In this document: positions 40,401 to 52,565 of the stretch, one piece after another | Position numbering within the stretch: the first letter of the stretch is position 1 | Layout of the letters: every line of letters starts with the position of its first letter | Assembly: GCA_963752595.1 (NCBI GenBank) | Contig: CAVVYZ010000009.1 | Coordinates: forward strand, 256,001-320,000 | Length of the DNA: 64,000 bases | Reading direction: 5' to 3' | From: an uncultured delta proteobacterium | GTDB taxonomy: Bacteria > Desulfobacterota > Desulfomonilia > UBA1062 | Position numbers and translations under genes: made by a program | Notes under the pieces: model-generated | Told to the model about the DNA's origin: nothing | Seen by the model: the letters and a program-made list of their open reading frames with translations, nothing else | Database searches by the model: none

Positions 40401-40568
40401 GATACCGCATCCCACTCCGCAATACGGGCAAATAGTGGTGACCTCCTTTGCGTACCGGATCCGATAGGGCTGGGCATATGCAGTCTTAATGCCTACGCTC
40501 GCCCCGACACCCGCCGCAGCCAGGGTCCCGCCCGCAAGCTTCAGGAATCCCCGCCTAGTTACGTTCAT
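37476..40568 (-). CDS. fdnG: Selenocysteine formate dehydrogenase alpha subunit (Tat-exported, Mo/W-bisPGD)
   Basis: TRRGFLK Tat signal and CPYCGVGC. The in-frame TGA at 40011-40013 gives EHQARI-U-HSSTVAGLAASFGRGAMTNHW and fuses ORFs 40011-40568 and 37476-39962. Confidence 0.95.
39982..40010 (-). promoter_or_regulatory. Bacterial SECIS element
   Basis: GUCGCC-GGUCU-GGCGGC hairpin about 12 nt after UGA, analogous to the E. coli fdhF/fdnG SECIS (GGUCU loop). Confidence 0.85.
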
Positions 40569-40974
40569 AGAGCCCCCTTGTAGCGAATATATTTTTAGAT
40601 CACGATAATATTATCCGATTCAAAAAAGAAGCACAACAAAAAACTGAATCAGTATTCATTTTATTTATGTGTTATAATTGGCATAATATTACGGAATACA
40701 GTCTCTTTGCACTTATTATGCTTTGTATTGAATATCTATGATATTTATTCATCCTTCCTCACATTGCCTGCCTATATCTCATTCTTGCGTCGTAATAAAT
40801 TTCACTTCATTCTTACTACCAGCTCAACGAAGATTCTTCATGACGGAAGCTGGGATGACGAGTCACATCGCCAAGCTCGATCCTGCTTTTTGTTACGCTG
40901 CTTTCCGAATAAGAGTTGACAAGCTTATGTCTTTATCTAAATATAAAATATCAGAATGATAACGGAGGTATGGA

Positions 40975-41178
40975 ATGGAACATAATGTCGGCACGATTGA
41001 CAGGCTCAGCAGGGTTGTCGTTGCACTGGCGCTCGTCTTTACCCTGTTGAAAAGCGGCAAGATCAGCCCTCTTTCCGCTCTCATGCTCATACTGAGCGGT
41101 GCGCTTCTCGCAAGCGCCGCATCAGGCTATTGCGCTCTCTACACCCACCTGGGCGTCAGCACGAGCAACGAAGCATAA
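40975..41178 (+). CDS. DUF2892 (YgaP-like) small membrane protein
   Basis: NVGTIDRLSR..GYCALYTHLGVST; GGAGG RBS. Confidence 0.85.
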   Translation: MEHNVGTIDRLSRVVVALALVFTLLKSGKISPLSALMLILSGALLASAASGYCALYTHLGVSTSNEA

Positions 41179-41353
41179 ACCATTCGCAGGGCATCTTTAA
41201 GAAACATCTCCCGCTCTCCGCTTTGAGACACAGAAACCTCTGCTATGGCAGGGTTTTATTATATTTATTTTATTTTACTTATGCGTCCTTAAGGGACATA
41301 CTGAAGTGGCCGAAAACATATTGAAGTCAAAATATTATAGGGGGAGTATCTTT

Positions 41354-42367
41354 ATGAAAAATTTGCTTTTAGCCGTCATTGGTGTTCTCTTATTCAGCAT
41401 ACCGGTGTTTGCAAAGGATTCCTACCGCATCGAGGTTCTCCAGGTATCAAAGATCAACCCCTTCGACTGGGCATATGAGGGCTTTGTCGAAGAACTTGCA
41501 AGAAATGGGATCGTCAAGGGAAAGAACCTCGTCATCAACCGGCACATCATCGATGCAGATGCAGACGCGGGCTTGTGGAAAAAGGTCGGCATCCTGATGA
41601 AGATCAAAAGCACTGCATCCGAGATCATTGCATCCAAACCCGACCTCGTGCTTACCATCAGCACCCCTGCCACCAAATACAGTAAAGACAAGTTTATCAG
41701 CGCAGGCATCCCTGTGGTGTTTACCGGTGTGGCAGTACCCCAGGCAATCGGATGTGCCTCTGTAAGCAAGTCAGGTCCAGGTTTTACCGGTGCATCACTG
41801 TATCTTGACCCAACAAGCGCGTTTAAGATAACCAAGCTTGCCCTGCCAGGCGTCACCAAGATAGGAATAGTCCACAGTGACGATGACAATGCCGTTGCCT
41901 TTGTTCAGGAAGCCAAGGCAAAGGCAGCAAGCCTGGGTATCACCGTTCTTACCAGGCAGGTAGGAAAATCCGACAGCCCCAAAGCTGCAACGAACGCACT
42001 CATCGCTGAGGGTGTCCAGGCCTTCGGCATACCCATCGATGCCTACTATGCCTTGAGGAATTATGAGCCGACCAATGAGATGCTCGAAGTTATCGGAGCA
42101 AAGAAAATACCCGCAGTGTGCTACTGCCATGTGGGATTTTCCGGCGCAGTCCTCTATGTGGGCTCCGAATTCAAGAAAATCGGCATCTTTTCCGGGCAAC
42201 AGGCCGTCAAGATCCTGAAAGAAGGCGCAAAACCTGAGACACTCCCGGTCCGGATCCAGGAGGATCTCACAATACTCGTGGACCTCAAAACATCGAAAAA
42301 GATGGGGATAGAACTGCCCTTGGGCATTCTGCAGATTGCAAAGACCGTCGAATCGGTGAAAAAATAG
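41354..42367 (+). CDS. ABC transporter substrate-binding protein (ABC_sub_bind type)
   Basis: Signal peptide, PDLVLTISTPAT, IPVVFTGV, KILKEGAKPETLPV; no permease adjacent. Confidence 0.82.
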   Translation: MKNLLLAVIGVLLFSIPVFAKDSYRIEVLQVSKINPFDWAYEGFVEELARNGIVKGKNLVINRHIIDADADAGLWKKVGILMKIKSTASEIIASKPDLVLTISTPATKYSKDKFISAGIPVVFTGVAVPQAIGCASVSKSGPGFTGASLYLDPTSAFKITKLALPGVTKIGIVHSDDDNAVAFVQEAKAKAASLGITVLTRQVGKSDSPKAATNALIAEGVQAFGIPIDAYYALRNYEPTNEMLEVIGAKKIPAVCYCHVGFSGAVLYVGSEFKKIGIFSGQQAVKILKEGAKPETLPVRIQEDLTILVDLKTSKKMGIELPLGILQIAKTVESVKK

Positions 42368-42456
42368 GAAAGCCTTGCATTAGCAGGTGCACAGCGGGAC
42401 ACAGCTTTGTTGAGGATGGGTAAAATCCAACCCGGAGTTAAAGGCATATAAAGAAC

Positions 42457-42493
42457 AAAGCCTGGGACAGACACACCATTTGTCCCAGGCTTT
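42457..42493. terminator. Bidirectional terminator
   Basis: AAAGCCTGGGACA..TGTCCCAGGCTTT between convergent genes. Confidence 0.8.
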
Positions 42494-42517
42494 CTTTATT
42501 CTCTGCCTGATCCTTCC

Positions 42518-43060
42518 TTACCCGTCCGAGAAAATGCTCCTGGCATATCCGTATCCATACTCCCAGCCGGACCAGAGACTGAAGAAGAGTGCGACCCACA
42601 GGAAGAATTCCCCGCCCTGCTGAAACTGGAGGCCGAGGATCGGGTAATGGACGAGCAGCGGGATGAGGGCAACACTCTGGAATGCGGTCTTATACTTGCC
42701 GAGCCAGCTCGCAGCGATCACTACATGTTTTTCAGAGGCAATCCCGCGCAGACCCGTAACCGCCATCTCTCTGCAGATCATGACAGCCACAAGCCATGCC
42801 GGTACCCTGTGCAACGGGATGAGCATGATGAGCACGGTCGAGACCAGGAGTTTGTCCGCCAGGGGGTCCAGGAGCTTCCCGAGGTCGGATTCCATATGCA
42901 TCCGCCGCGCAAGGTAGCCGTCGAGATAGTCGGTAATCGTGGCGATCAGAAACAGAACTGCGGCAACCAGGGAGTTCAGAAAAGTATCTTCAAGCAGGAG
43001 GACAGCGATAATCGGCACCGAAATGATGCGCGACAGAGTCAGTGCATTTGCGAGATTCAT
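42518..43060 (-). CDS. pgsA: CDP-diacylglycerol-glycerol-3-phosphate 3-phosphatidyltransferase
   Basis: ANALTLSRI, TDYLDGYLARR..GKLLDPLADK. Confidence 0.93.
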   Translation of the reverse strand: MNLANALTLSRIISVPIIAVLLLEDTFLNSLVAAVLFLIATITDYLDGYLARRMHMESDLGKLLDPLADKLLVSTVLIMLIPLHRVPAWLVAVMICREMAVTGLRGIASEKHVVIAASWLGKYKTAFQSVALIPLLVHYPILGLQFQQGGEFFLWVALFFSLWSGWEYGYGYARSIFSDG

Positions 43061-43066
43061 TCCCTC

Positions 43067-43702
43067 TCATCTCCTCCCTCCATTCAGGATTCCAAGCACA
43101 CTTCTAACATAGTCTTGGGTCTCTTGGTAGGGTGGAATTCCTTTATATGTGTCGACCGCTCCCGGGCCTGCATTATACGCGGCCAGGGCCTTGCTTAAGT
43201 CTCCGTCGTATTTCTTCAGGAGATAGGAAATATACTTCGTGCCGCCCGTGATGTTCTCGAGAGGATCCCACGGGTCCCTCACCCCGAGGATAGATGCGGT
43301 CTCAGGCATGAGCTGCATGAGCCCCATCGCTCCTTTTGAAGAAAGGGCCAGGGGATTATAGCCCGATTCCACATGGATGATACCCTTGACCAGGTCCGGA
43401 TCGACCCCCTGGTTGACGGCGATCTGGCGGATAATGCCTTCATACTGGGTCTTCCTCATGGGTTCATAGGAAGGCCTCCTGGGAAACCTGTACGAGTACC
43501 GCTTCGGTTCGCGGTAATAGACATCCCAGTCATTGCCTGACGGAGTGTTCGTAAAACACAGGGTCCCGTCGGGAAGGCGCTTCTTGAAGATATCCGCATA
43601 GGCGGGTTTGACGGTGAACGCTATCGTCGCAAGGATGCCTGCAATACACCCCAGAAAGACTGCCTTGATAATGATGTTATTCCCACTATATTGATATTTC
43701 AT
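43067..43702 (-). CDS. Lytic transglycosylase (SLT domain, DUF4124-like N-terminus)
   Basis: IHVESGYNP, GAMGLMQLMP, LAAYNAGPG, ETQDYV. Confidence 0.92.
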   Translation of the reverse strand: MKYQYSGNNIIIKAVFLGCIAGILATIAFTVKPAYADIFKKRLPDGTLCFTNTPSGNDWDVYYREPKRYSYRFPRRPSYEPMRKTQYEGIIRQIAVNQGVDPDLVKGIIHVESGYNPLALSSKGAMGLMQLMPETASILGVRDPWDPLENITGGTKYISYLLKKYDGDLSKALAAYNAGPGAVDTYKGIPPYQETQDYVRSVLGILNGGRR

Positions 43703-43762
43703 GACATTCTTATCGTCATTCTCATTTTTTTCTTCACACCTGTTTCTTAAGGCCGACAATGC

Positions 43763-45272
43763 TTAAGCTTCCGCGCCCTTTGATAGTGTCTCTTTGGCCG
43801 CCAGCTTCCTGCCGAGGAAAACTCGCATCCTCGTTCCTTTGCCCACCGAGCTGTTGACCGTGATGAAACCCTCGTGCTCCTCGATGATCATGTACACCTT
43901 CGAGAGCCCCAGGCCTGCCCCGCGAACCTTGGAGGTGTAAAACGGGTTGAAGATATCCTTGATTTCTTCGCTCGGGATGCCTCTGCCCGTATCGATGACA
44001 TCAACGATCAGGTAATGGGGATGCAGGCTCACGTTGATCTCCATGCTCCCTTTGCCCTGCATCGATTCGCAGGCATTGACGAACAGGTGCCAGAAGGCCT
44101 CCACCAGGTAGTTGTGGTCCGCCTCGATCTCTTCGAGATTTTCCGGCACGCTCACCTCATAGGTTACTGCGCTGAATTTCCCGGAGCCGAAGGTCTTGAT
44201 GAGGGCCTCGTCGATGACCTCCTCGATGCTCGTGCTGGTGAAGTTGGGCCGGTGGATCTTGGTGTAGTTCACATACTCCTCGATATCCATGATCATGGAT
44301 TCCAGGCGTTTCACATCCTCGATGATATAATCCACGTATACCTTCTGCTTGGAATCAGGCCCCACGGACTTGCTCAGCCTCCGTGAAAACCCTCCGAGAG
44401 AAGTCAGGGAATTTCTGATTTCGTGGGCCACACCTTCCACGACCTTGCCGAGCGATGCAAGCTTCTCTGCATTTATGATCTGTCTCCTCATCATCTCGAT
44501 ATCCGTGAGATCCCGTACCACCAGGACAATACCTCCCGAATATTTTTCACTTTTCAAGGGAGATGCGGTCAGAAGACCTGAAAATATGCTCCCATCGGCC
44601 TTTCTGAATGCATACTCTTTCTCGGCATAGTCCATTCCATGAGCAAAAGCCTGCCGGATATCTGCGAGGACATCAATGGACGGGTCCGGTATGAGCACTT
44701 CCACAGGTTTGTTCTTCATATCCTCCAGGTCCCCCCAGAGTTTTGCAGCCATTGAATTCATAAACTGGATCGTGCCTCTTTTGTCGATAGTGACGACGGC
44801 TTCACCCATGGTTTCCGTTATGGTGACCAGATAATCCTTGTAGGTATCGACACTGCCTTTGAGACGGATGTTCTCCAGCAGCATTTCGTGTTCCTTGATG
44901 AGCTTGCCCGCGGTGTGAACGAGATCGGGAAACGATATGGGCTTGGTGATGTAGTCATTCGCACCGGCCTTCATGGCTTTGACTGCAATATCTTCCGACC
45001 CCTGCCCGGTGATGAATACGACCAGGGCCTGAGGGTCCGCTTTCCTGATCTCCTTCAGTACATCCAGGCCATCGAGCTCCGGCATGAGATAATCGAGCAA
45101 TGTGAGGTCGGGCTTCTGCTCCTGAAAGGCGGCCAGGGTCTCTTTCCCGTCAAAGGTCTGGATGACCTCGAACCCGTATTCAGACAAGGTTGTCTTTTAC
45201 TACATCATTCACGCTGCGGTTGTCATCCGCAATCATGATCTTCCATTTTTTTCTCTTCCCGTTATCCATCAT
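43763..45272 (-). CDS. Hybrid receiver-PAS-histidine kinase (frameshift at about 45197)
   Basis: KIMIADD, LLDYLMP, PAS region, AHEIRN H-box, FNPFYTSK..GAGLGL; one extra A in a short A run near the N-terminus. Confidence 0.88.
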
Positions 45273-45756
45273 CTTCCGGTGTCCACATCCTCACTATCTC
45301 GTCATCCGGGAGGGCATTCTTTACTTCTATTATAGGTCTGCCCGACGGCAACGCAACATGCGGAGCGATCTCGGAGAGCGGGTATATGACGAACGGCCGC
45401 TCCTCCATCCTCGGGTGGGGAATGATAAGATCCGGGGTGGATATGCTCACCCCTTTCAGCAAGAGGATATCGATATCGATGGTCCTTGGGGCGTTGAGAT
45501 AGGGCCTTTGCCTGCCGAGGCCGTCTTCGACCTTCCTGCAGGTATCGAGCAGCCACTGGGGGCTCTCTTCGCACTCGACGGCAGCCGCCAGGTTATAGTA
45601 GTTCTCCTGGGGCTCACGCACATCGTGCGGTTTTGTTTCGTAGACGCTCGATGTCTTGAAAACCCGTATCCCCGCTTTCTTCAGGTCCCTTAATGCAGAC
45701 CTGATATTGTCAAGCCTGTCTCCGAGGTTCGACCCGAGACAGAGATAGCCTATCAT
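45262..45756 (-). CDS. folK: 2-amino-4-hydroxy-6-hydroxymethyldihydropteridine diphosphokinase
   Basis: LGSNLGDR, PRTIDIDILL, IPHPRMEERPFV. Confidence 0.95.
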   Translation of the reverse strand: MIGYLCLGSNLGDRLDNIRSALRDLKKAGIRVFKTSSVYETKPHDVREPQENYYNLAAAVECEESPQWLLDTCRKVEDGLGRQRPYLNAPRTIDIDILLLKGVSISTPDLIIPHPRMEERPFVIYPLSEIAPHVALPSGRPIIEVKNALPDDEIVRMWTPEDDG

Positions 45757-46500
45757 CTACATTACCTTGTTTTCCAGTATTCCGATACCTTGTATTTCTA
45801 TTGCGATCTCGTCACCGATATTCATGGGCCCGATGCCGGAAGGGGTACCGGTAGCGATCACATCGCCCGGGTTAAGCGTCATGACACTCGAGATGAATTC
45901 GATCAGATCGAAGACATTGAATATGAGGTTGGCAGTGTTTGACGACTGTTTGAGCTCTCCGTTGAGATATGCGCGTATGGTCAAACTGAGGGGATCTTCC
46001 AGATCGGTTACGATCCACGGACCTATGGGTGCAAAGGTATCGAAGGATTTGGACCTGGTCCACTGCCCGTCCTTTTCCTGAAGGTCCCGCGCCGTGACAT
46101 CGTTGAAGCAGGTGTAGCCGAGGATGTACTCGCGGGCATGTGCTGCCTTCACATCCTTGCATCCTCTGCCGATCACCACGGCGAGCTCGGCCTCATAATC
46201 CACCCGGGAAGATTGCGCCGGATAGCGGATCGCATCGAGATGCCCTATCACGCTCGTCGATGGCTTCATGAACAGAATAGGCTCCTTCGGGAGCTCAATA
46301 CCCATCTCCTGGGCATGGTCCCGGTAATTCAGGCCGACGGCCACGATCTTGCCCGGGACCACGGGAGGCAGCATGCGTGTGATCGTAACCCGCTCACCGG
46401 TGTGAAGCGTTTCCGGATCGTATGCCCTGTAATCTCCTTCGCCCTCGGAGGAAACCGTCACGATCCCTCCTCCGTTAATTTCAGCCCTTCCGATCTTCAT
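45757..46500 (-). CDS. Fumarylacetoacetate hydrolase family protein
   Basis: VGLNYRDHA, DYEAEL, NDVTARDLQ, SKSFDTF, TGTPSG. Confidence 0.93.
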   Translation of the reverse strand: MKIGRAEINGGGIVTVSSEGEGDYRAYDPETLHTGERVTITRMLPPVVPGKIVAVGLNYRDHAQEMGIELPKEPILFMKPSTSVIGHLDAIRYPAQSSRVDYEAELAVVIGRGCKDVKAAHAREYILGYTCFNDVTARDLQEKDGQWTRSKSFDTFAPIGPWIVTDLEDPLSLTIRAYLNGELKQSSNTANLIFNVFDLIEFISSVMTLNPGDVIATGTPSGIGPMNIGDEIAIEIQGIGILENKVM

Positions 46501-46503
46501 ATC

Positions 46504-47304
46504 TTATAGTCCCAGCACATCTATCATGGAGTACATTCCCGGCGCCTTGTCATGCACCCACCTAGCGGCGCGCACCGCACCGCTGGCAAAATTCTGTCTC
46601 GTGTGCGCCCGGTGGGTGATCTCGATGCGCTCGCTGTTGCCTGCGAACAGAACCGTGTGGTCCCCGATAATGTCCCCTGCCCGGAGCGTCTGGATGCCGA
46701 TCTGGCCGTCCGGCCTCCGGCCTATGATACCATGGCGCTCGTAGCAGGCGTGGTCGGCAAGGTCCACCCCTTTTGCCTCGGCGACAGCACGGGCCAGGCC
46801 CAGTGCCGTTCCCGACGGTGCATCTTTCTTGAGCCGGTGGTGCGCCTCGACGATCTCCACATCATATGCATCGCCCAGCATCTTTGCCAGGATGGCGGTC
46901 ACCTTGAACATCACGTTGACGCCGATGCTCATGTTCGGAGACACGACCATGGGAATGCTTTTCGCATACGACCGAAGCTGCGACGACTGCTCATCGGAGA
47001 GCCCAGTGGTCCCGATTACGAGGGCTTTGTTCGCTCTCGCCGCGTAATGCGCAAGCTTCATGGTCACCTCGGGATGGGAGAAATCGATGATCACCCCGGC
47101 AGGCTTGAAGGCGTGCTCCATATCGTCCGATATCTTGATGTCGAGAGAGCCTGCACCGATGATCAGTCCGGCATCGGCCCCGATACACTTGTGCCCCGGC
47201 GCTTCAAGCGCGCCGGCGAGCTTAAAGTCTTCTTCCTCGGTAACCAGGAGCCCTATGAAAGAGCCCATCTTTCCCGCTATGCCTGTTACACCAGTCTCAA
47301 TCAC
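46504..47304 (-). CDS. dapB: 4-hydroxy-tetrahydrodipicolinate reductase
   Basis: GIAGKMG, VIGTTG, EAHHRLKKDAPSGTA. Confidence 0.96.
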   Translation of the reverse strand: MIETGVTGIAGKMGSFIGLLVTEEEDFKLAGALEAPGHKCIGADAGLIIGAGSLDIKISDDMEHAFKPAGVIIDFSHPEVTMKLAHYAARANKALVIGTTGLSDEQSSQLRSYAKSIPMVVSPNMSIGVNVMFKVTAILAKMLGDAYDVEIVEAHHRLKKDAPSGTALGLARAVAEAKGVDLADHACYERHGIIGRRPDGQIGIQTLRAGDIIGDHTVLFAGNSERIEITHRAHTRQNFASGAVRAARWVHDKAPGMYSMIDVLGL

Positions 47305-47321
47305 CTATTTATCCTCCGGTT

Positions 47322-48209
47322 CTATATCAAGACTTTATCTATGCATCCGTATTTTTCAAGGATCGCAGCGAGCTTTTTCCGGTTCGCAGGCTCCATGGGG
47401 CACAACGGCAGCTTGAACTCCTCCCGGACCTTACCCATCATGGCGAGTGCGGTCTTCACCGGTATGGGGTTGGTCTCGATGAACAGAGCACTGTTGATCT
47501 CGAGGAGCTCGAAATGGAGCTTTCTCGCCTGTGCAAGATCGCCGGCATGCCAGGCATTGATCATGCCCGAGAGCTTGTCGGGCATGATGTTCGCCGTTAC
47601 CGAGATGGCGCCCGTACCTCCTACGCACAGAATCGGCAGGTTCAGGGCATCCTCTCCGGAGAGCACACAGAAATCGTCCCGGGTATCCCTTGCAATCTGC
47701 GAGCACTTCACGAGATCGCCGCTCGCCTCCTTGATGCCGACGATGACGTCGATCTTCGAAAGCGCTATGGCCGTCTCGGTGCTCATGTTCACGCCGGTCC
47801 TGCCGGGTACATTGTAGAGGATCTGCGGGATATCGCAGGCCGCTGCAACCGCGGCATAGTGATCGTACAGACCCTTCTGGGTGGGCTTGTTATAGTACGG
47901 CGTAATGAGCAGGGCTGCATCCGCGCCTGCCTGCTTGGCATGCTTCGTGAGCCTTATAGCCTCTGCCGTCGAGTTTGAGCCGGTTCCGGCTATCACCGGG
48001 ACCCGTTTCGCTGCCTCTTCCACACAGATATCCATTACCCGCTCGTGCTCTTCATGGGTCAGGGTCGCAGATTCCCCGGTCGTCCCGCAGGGAACGATCC
48101 CTGAAACCCCGGCACCGATCTGGAAATTGATCAGGTCCCTGAAGGCCTTTTCATCTATCTTTCCGTCCTTGAACGGAGTTACGATTGCTACGATCGCACC
48201 AGAAAACAT
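47322..48209 (-). CDS. dapA: 4-hydroxy-tetrahydrodipicolinate synthase
   Basis: CGTTGES, PYYNKP, YNVPGRT, GIKEASG. Confidence 0.96.
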   Translation of the reverse strand: MFSGAIVAIVTPFKDGKIDEKAFRDLINFQIGAGVSGIVPCGTTGESATLTHEEHERVMDICVEEAAKRVPVIAGTGSNSTAEAIRLTKHAKQAGADAALLITPYYNKPTQKGLYDHYAAVAAACDIPQILYNVPGRTGVNMSTETAIALSKIDVIVGIKEASGDLVKCSQIARDTRDDFCVLSGEDALNLPILCVGGTGAISVTANIMPDKLSGMINAWHAGDLAQARKLHFELLEINSALFIETNPIPVKTALAMMGKVREEFKLPLCPMEPANRKKLAAILEKYGCIDKVLI

Positions 48210-48212
48210 TGC

Positions 48213-49481
48213 TTACCCCCGTATATCTCGAACTGCTCCGGGGACAACCTCCCCGGACACCAGGTCTTCATATGCTTGTCTTTTCAATACCACATAATAC
48301 TTCGCCCCATCCACCAAAACCTCGGGCGGTTTCGTCCGCGAGTTGTAGTTGGACGACATGGTGAATCCGTAAGCGCCTGCGCTCATCACAGCGATCATAT
48401 CGCCCCGGGTGAGAATGGGCAGCTCACGGTTCTTGGCCAGGAAATCGCCGGACTCGCAGATGGGACCGACCACGTCCACGGTTTCCCGTTCTTCTGATTT
48501 TTCCTGAATCGGCTTGATATCATGATATGCCCCATAGAGAGACGGCCTGAGGAGGTCGTTCATCCCGGCATCCACCACGATGAAGGTCTTGCTTTTTGTC
48601 TGCTTGCGGTAGAGCACGCTCGCCACCATGATGCCGGCATTGCCCACGATCACCCTCCCCGGTTCGAAAATGACCTTTAAGCCCAGGGGGCCTACGGCCC
48701 CGAGGATAGCCCGGCAATAGTCTCTCGGGTGAGGCGGCTCCTCGTCCGAGTAGGTGATGCCCAGCCCTCCGCCGAGATCGAGATACTTGAGTGAAACCCC
48801 GTGGCTCTTCAGCTCTCCGATGAGCATCTTGAGCCGCTCCACTGCATCGATAAACGGGCTTAAGTCGGTCAGCTGGCTCCCGATGTGGCAGTCTATGCCC
48901 ACAATCTCGATGTGCTCCATGTCTTTTGCCTTGAGGTACTGCGCCAATGACCCTTCGACATCGATCCCGAACTTGTTTTCCTTCATGCCCGTGGATATGT
49001 ACGGATGGGTCATGGGGTTCACGTCCGGGTTCACCCGTATGGATATGGGCGCCTTTCTGCTCAAGAGCCCGGCGCGCTCATTGATAACCTCGAGCTCCTG
49101 CTCGCTCTCGATGTTGAACATCATGATCCCGGCCTCAATGGCCATGTCGATCTCATCCGTTGTCTTGCCCACCCCGGAATAAACGATCTTGCTTCCGGGA
49201 ATCCCTGCTCTAAGCGCCCGGTAGAGCTCGCCGCCGGAAACCACGTCTGCACCAAGACCCAGCCGTGCCATGCAACTCAGGATAGCGAGGTTCGAATTGG
49301 CCTTCATGGCAAAACACGTCTGGTGATCTACCCCGGCCAGCGGCTCTTCGAAAGCGCGGATATGCCTGTAGAGCGTAGGCAAGCTGTAGCAGTAAAAAGG
49401 CGTGCCCACTTCCTTTGCGATCTCCTCCAGAGCCACGTCCCCGCAATACAGTTTCCCCTGCCGGTAATCGAAATCGTGCAT
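48213..49481 (-). CDS. lysA: Diaminopimelate decarboxylase
   Basis: FAMKAN, HIGSQ, DLGGG, EPGR, GPICESGD. Confidence 0.96.
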   Translation of the reverse strand: MHDFDYRQGKLYCGDVALEEIAKEVGTPFYCYSLPTLYRHIRAFEEPLAGVDHQTCFAMKANSNLAILSCMARLGLGADVVSGGELYRALRAGIPGSKIVYSGVGKTTDEIDMAIEAGIMMFNIESEQELEVINERAGLLSRKAPISIRVNPDVNPMTHPYISTGMKENKFGIDVEGSLAQYLKAKDMEHIEIVGIDCHIGSQLTDLSPFIDAVERLKMLIGELKSHGVSLKYLDLGGGLGITYSDEEPPHPRDYCRAILGAVGPLGLKVIFEPGRVIVGNAGIMVASVLYRKQTKSKTFIVVDAGMNDLLRPSLYGAYHDIKPIQEKSEERETVDVVGPICESGDFLAKNRELPILTRGDMIAVMSAGAYGFTMSSNYNSRTKPPEVLVDGAKYYVVLKRQAYEDLVSGEVVPGAVRDIRG

Positions 49482-49585
49482 ATCCTTTTCTCCTCGCGTG
49501 TTACGTGTAATCCACTAAATATAATGCATGAGCTCCCGGGATCTCCGTGCTCTTTGGCTTGTAATCCATGCATCTTACCTTTGAA

Positions 49586-49978
49586 TTATTGTTTCCTCAC
49601 GACCCGTGCGCCGGTCATGAATGAGATCGTTCCCTTTTCGAAAACGAGACGGTAGACCATGTAATCCGACTCGGGCTTCGGGTCTTTCAGGACAATGGTG
49701 CCCTTTTGTTCTGCCACCTTCTCATCCCTTTTTGTCAGGTCATCCGTACAGGAAGGGCATAAGCCTTTTGGCTTTCCGAGGAGAGTTATTTTTCCCCCTG
49801 CGATACTGCTTCCGGCACGGGCCTCTACGGATCCGTCATCCATGAAATCTATTGCCGAAATCTCTACGGGATCACCCTGCCCGGGCGGCAATGGGGGCAG
49901 CTTCCGGCCGCAGCCTGAACCGAGGGCCAGTGTCAGCCCGAGCAGACAGACGGTCACTGCCCTGCAGCTATTCCTCAA
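49586..49978 (-). CDS. Small lipoprotein (YifL/LptM-like N-terminus)
   Basis: LGSG-CGRKLPPLPP lipobox; located between argH and lysA; contains CPSC. Confidence 0.7.
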   Translation of the reverse strand: MRNSCRAVTVCLLGLTLALGSGCGRKLPPLPPGQGDPVEISAIDFMDDGSVEARAGSSIAGGKITLLGKPKGLCPSCTDDLTKRDEKVAEQKGTIVLKDPKPESDYMVYRLVFEKGTISFMTGARVVRKQ

Positions 49979-51351
49979 GGCCTTCTATCCTCGCCTTGGC
50001 ATCTTCGATCATGTTCCTGACATTATCCCTGGCCGTTCCTCCGAAGCTCATGCGCCTGTCAACCGAGTTCTGGGGCTTGACGGCCTCCAGGATGTCGGAA
50101 TCGAAGGTTTGCGAAAAGCTCCTGAATTCATCCAGGTTCAGACTTTCCAGCGTCTTCCCCTGTGCGCTGAGCTCGGAGACGATCCGCCGGTTATCCTGTG
50201 CGCCTCCCGGAAGGGAATGCCTTTGCCCACCAGGTAGTCGGCCACGTCGGTCGCCGTGATATAGCCCTCGCTCAAGGAGCGCTTCAATGCATCCCTGTTC
50301 ATCTCCATGCCGCTTAACAGCCCGGTCATCACCTCGATGCACATCGCGACCGTGTCGAGACTCTCCATCACGGCCTTCTTGTCTTCCTGCATGTCCCTGT
50401 TGTATGCGAGCGGCAGGCCCTTCATCATGGTGAGCAGGGCCACGAGGCTGCCGTACACGCCTCCCACCTTGCCGCGCACGAGCTCGGCAACGTCCGGGTT
50501 CTTCTTCTGGGGCATGATAGAGCTTCCCGTGCAGAATGCATCGGGGAGTTCGACGAACGAGTACGGCTTCGAGTTCCAGATGATGATCTCCTCGGCGAGC
50601 CTGCTCAGGTGCATCATGATGAGTGAGGCGCCGAACACGGCCTCGCATGCGAAGTCCCGGTCGCTCACGCCGTCGATGGAATTCCGGCACGGCTCTTCGA
50701 ACTGCAATTCCGCTGCGGTCATGAAGCGGTCGATGGCATGCGGGGTGCCTGCAAAAGCGGCAGAACCCAAAGGAGATATGTTGAGCCTTCTCCCGGCATC
50801 CTTCATGCGGTCGTAGTCACGCAGGAACATCTCGAAATATGCGAGCAGGTGGTGGCCGAAAGAGACGGGCTGGGCATGCTGGAGGTGCGTCATGCCCGGG
50901 ATGATGGTATCCACGTTCGCGGACGCCTTTTCCACCAGACAGGCCAGGAGTTCTTTCAGGAGACGCCTGACCTCTCCCAGATATTCCCGGACAAAAAGCC
51001 GGAAATCCGTCGCGACCTGGTCGTTGCGGCTCCGGGCCGTATGGAGCTTCTTCCCTGCCTCGCCGATCCTTTTCGTGAGCTCCACCTCGATGTTCATGTG
51101 CACGTCTTCGAGCTCGGGGTCAAAGGCAAAGGTGCCCTCTTCGATATCCTTCATGATGCCCTGGAGTCCTGAGACAACGGCATCCGCCTCGCTTTCGCTC
51201 AAGAGGCCCGCTGTCATGAGCATCTTCGCATGGGCGATGCTGCCCTCGATATCCTGGGCATAGAGCGCCGCGTCGACGCTCACCGACTCGGTGAATTCCT
51301 CAACCAGGCTGTCGGTCTCCTGGCTGAACCTTCCTGACCACGGCTTGTCCT

Positions 51352-51355
<4 letters not shown>
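49968..51355 (-). CDS. argH: Argininosuccinate lyase (frameshift at about 50187)
   Basis: [26 protein letters not shown]; the C-terminus continues in another frame ([10 protein letters not shown]). Confidence 0.93.
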
Positions 51356-52557
<1,202 letters not shown>

Positions 52558-52565
52558 GATTCTCT

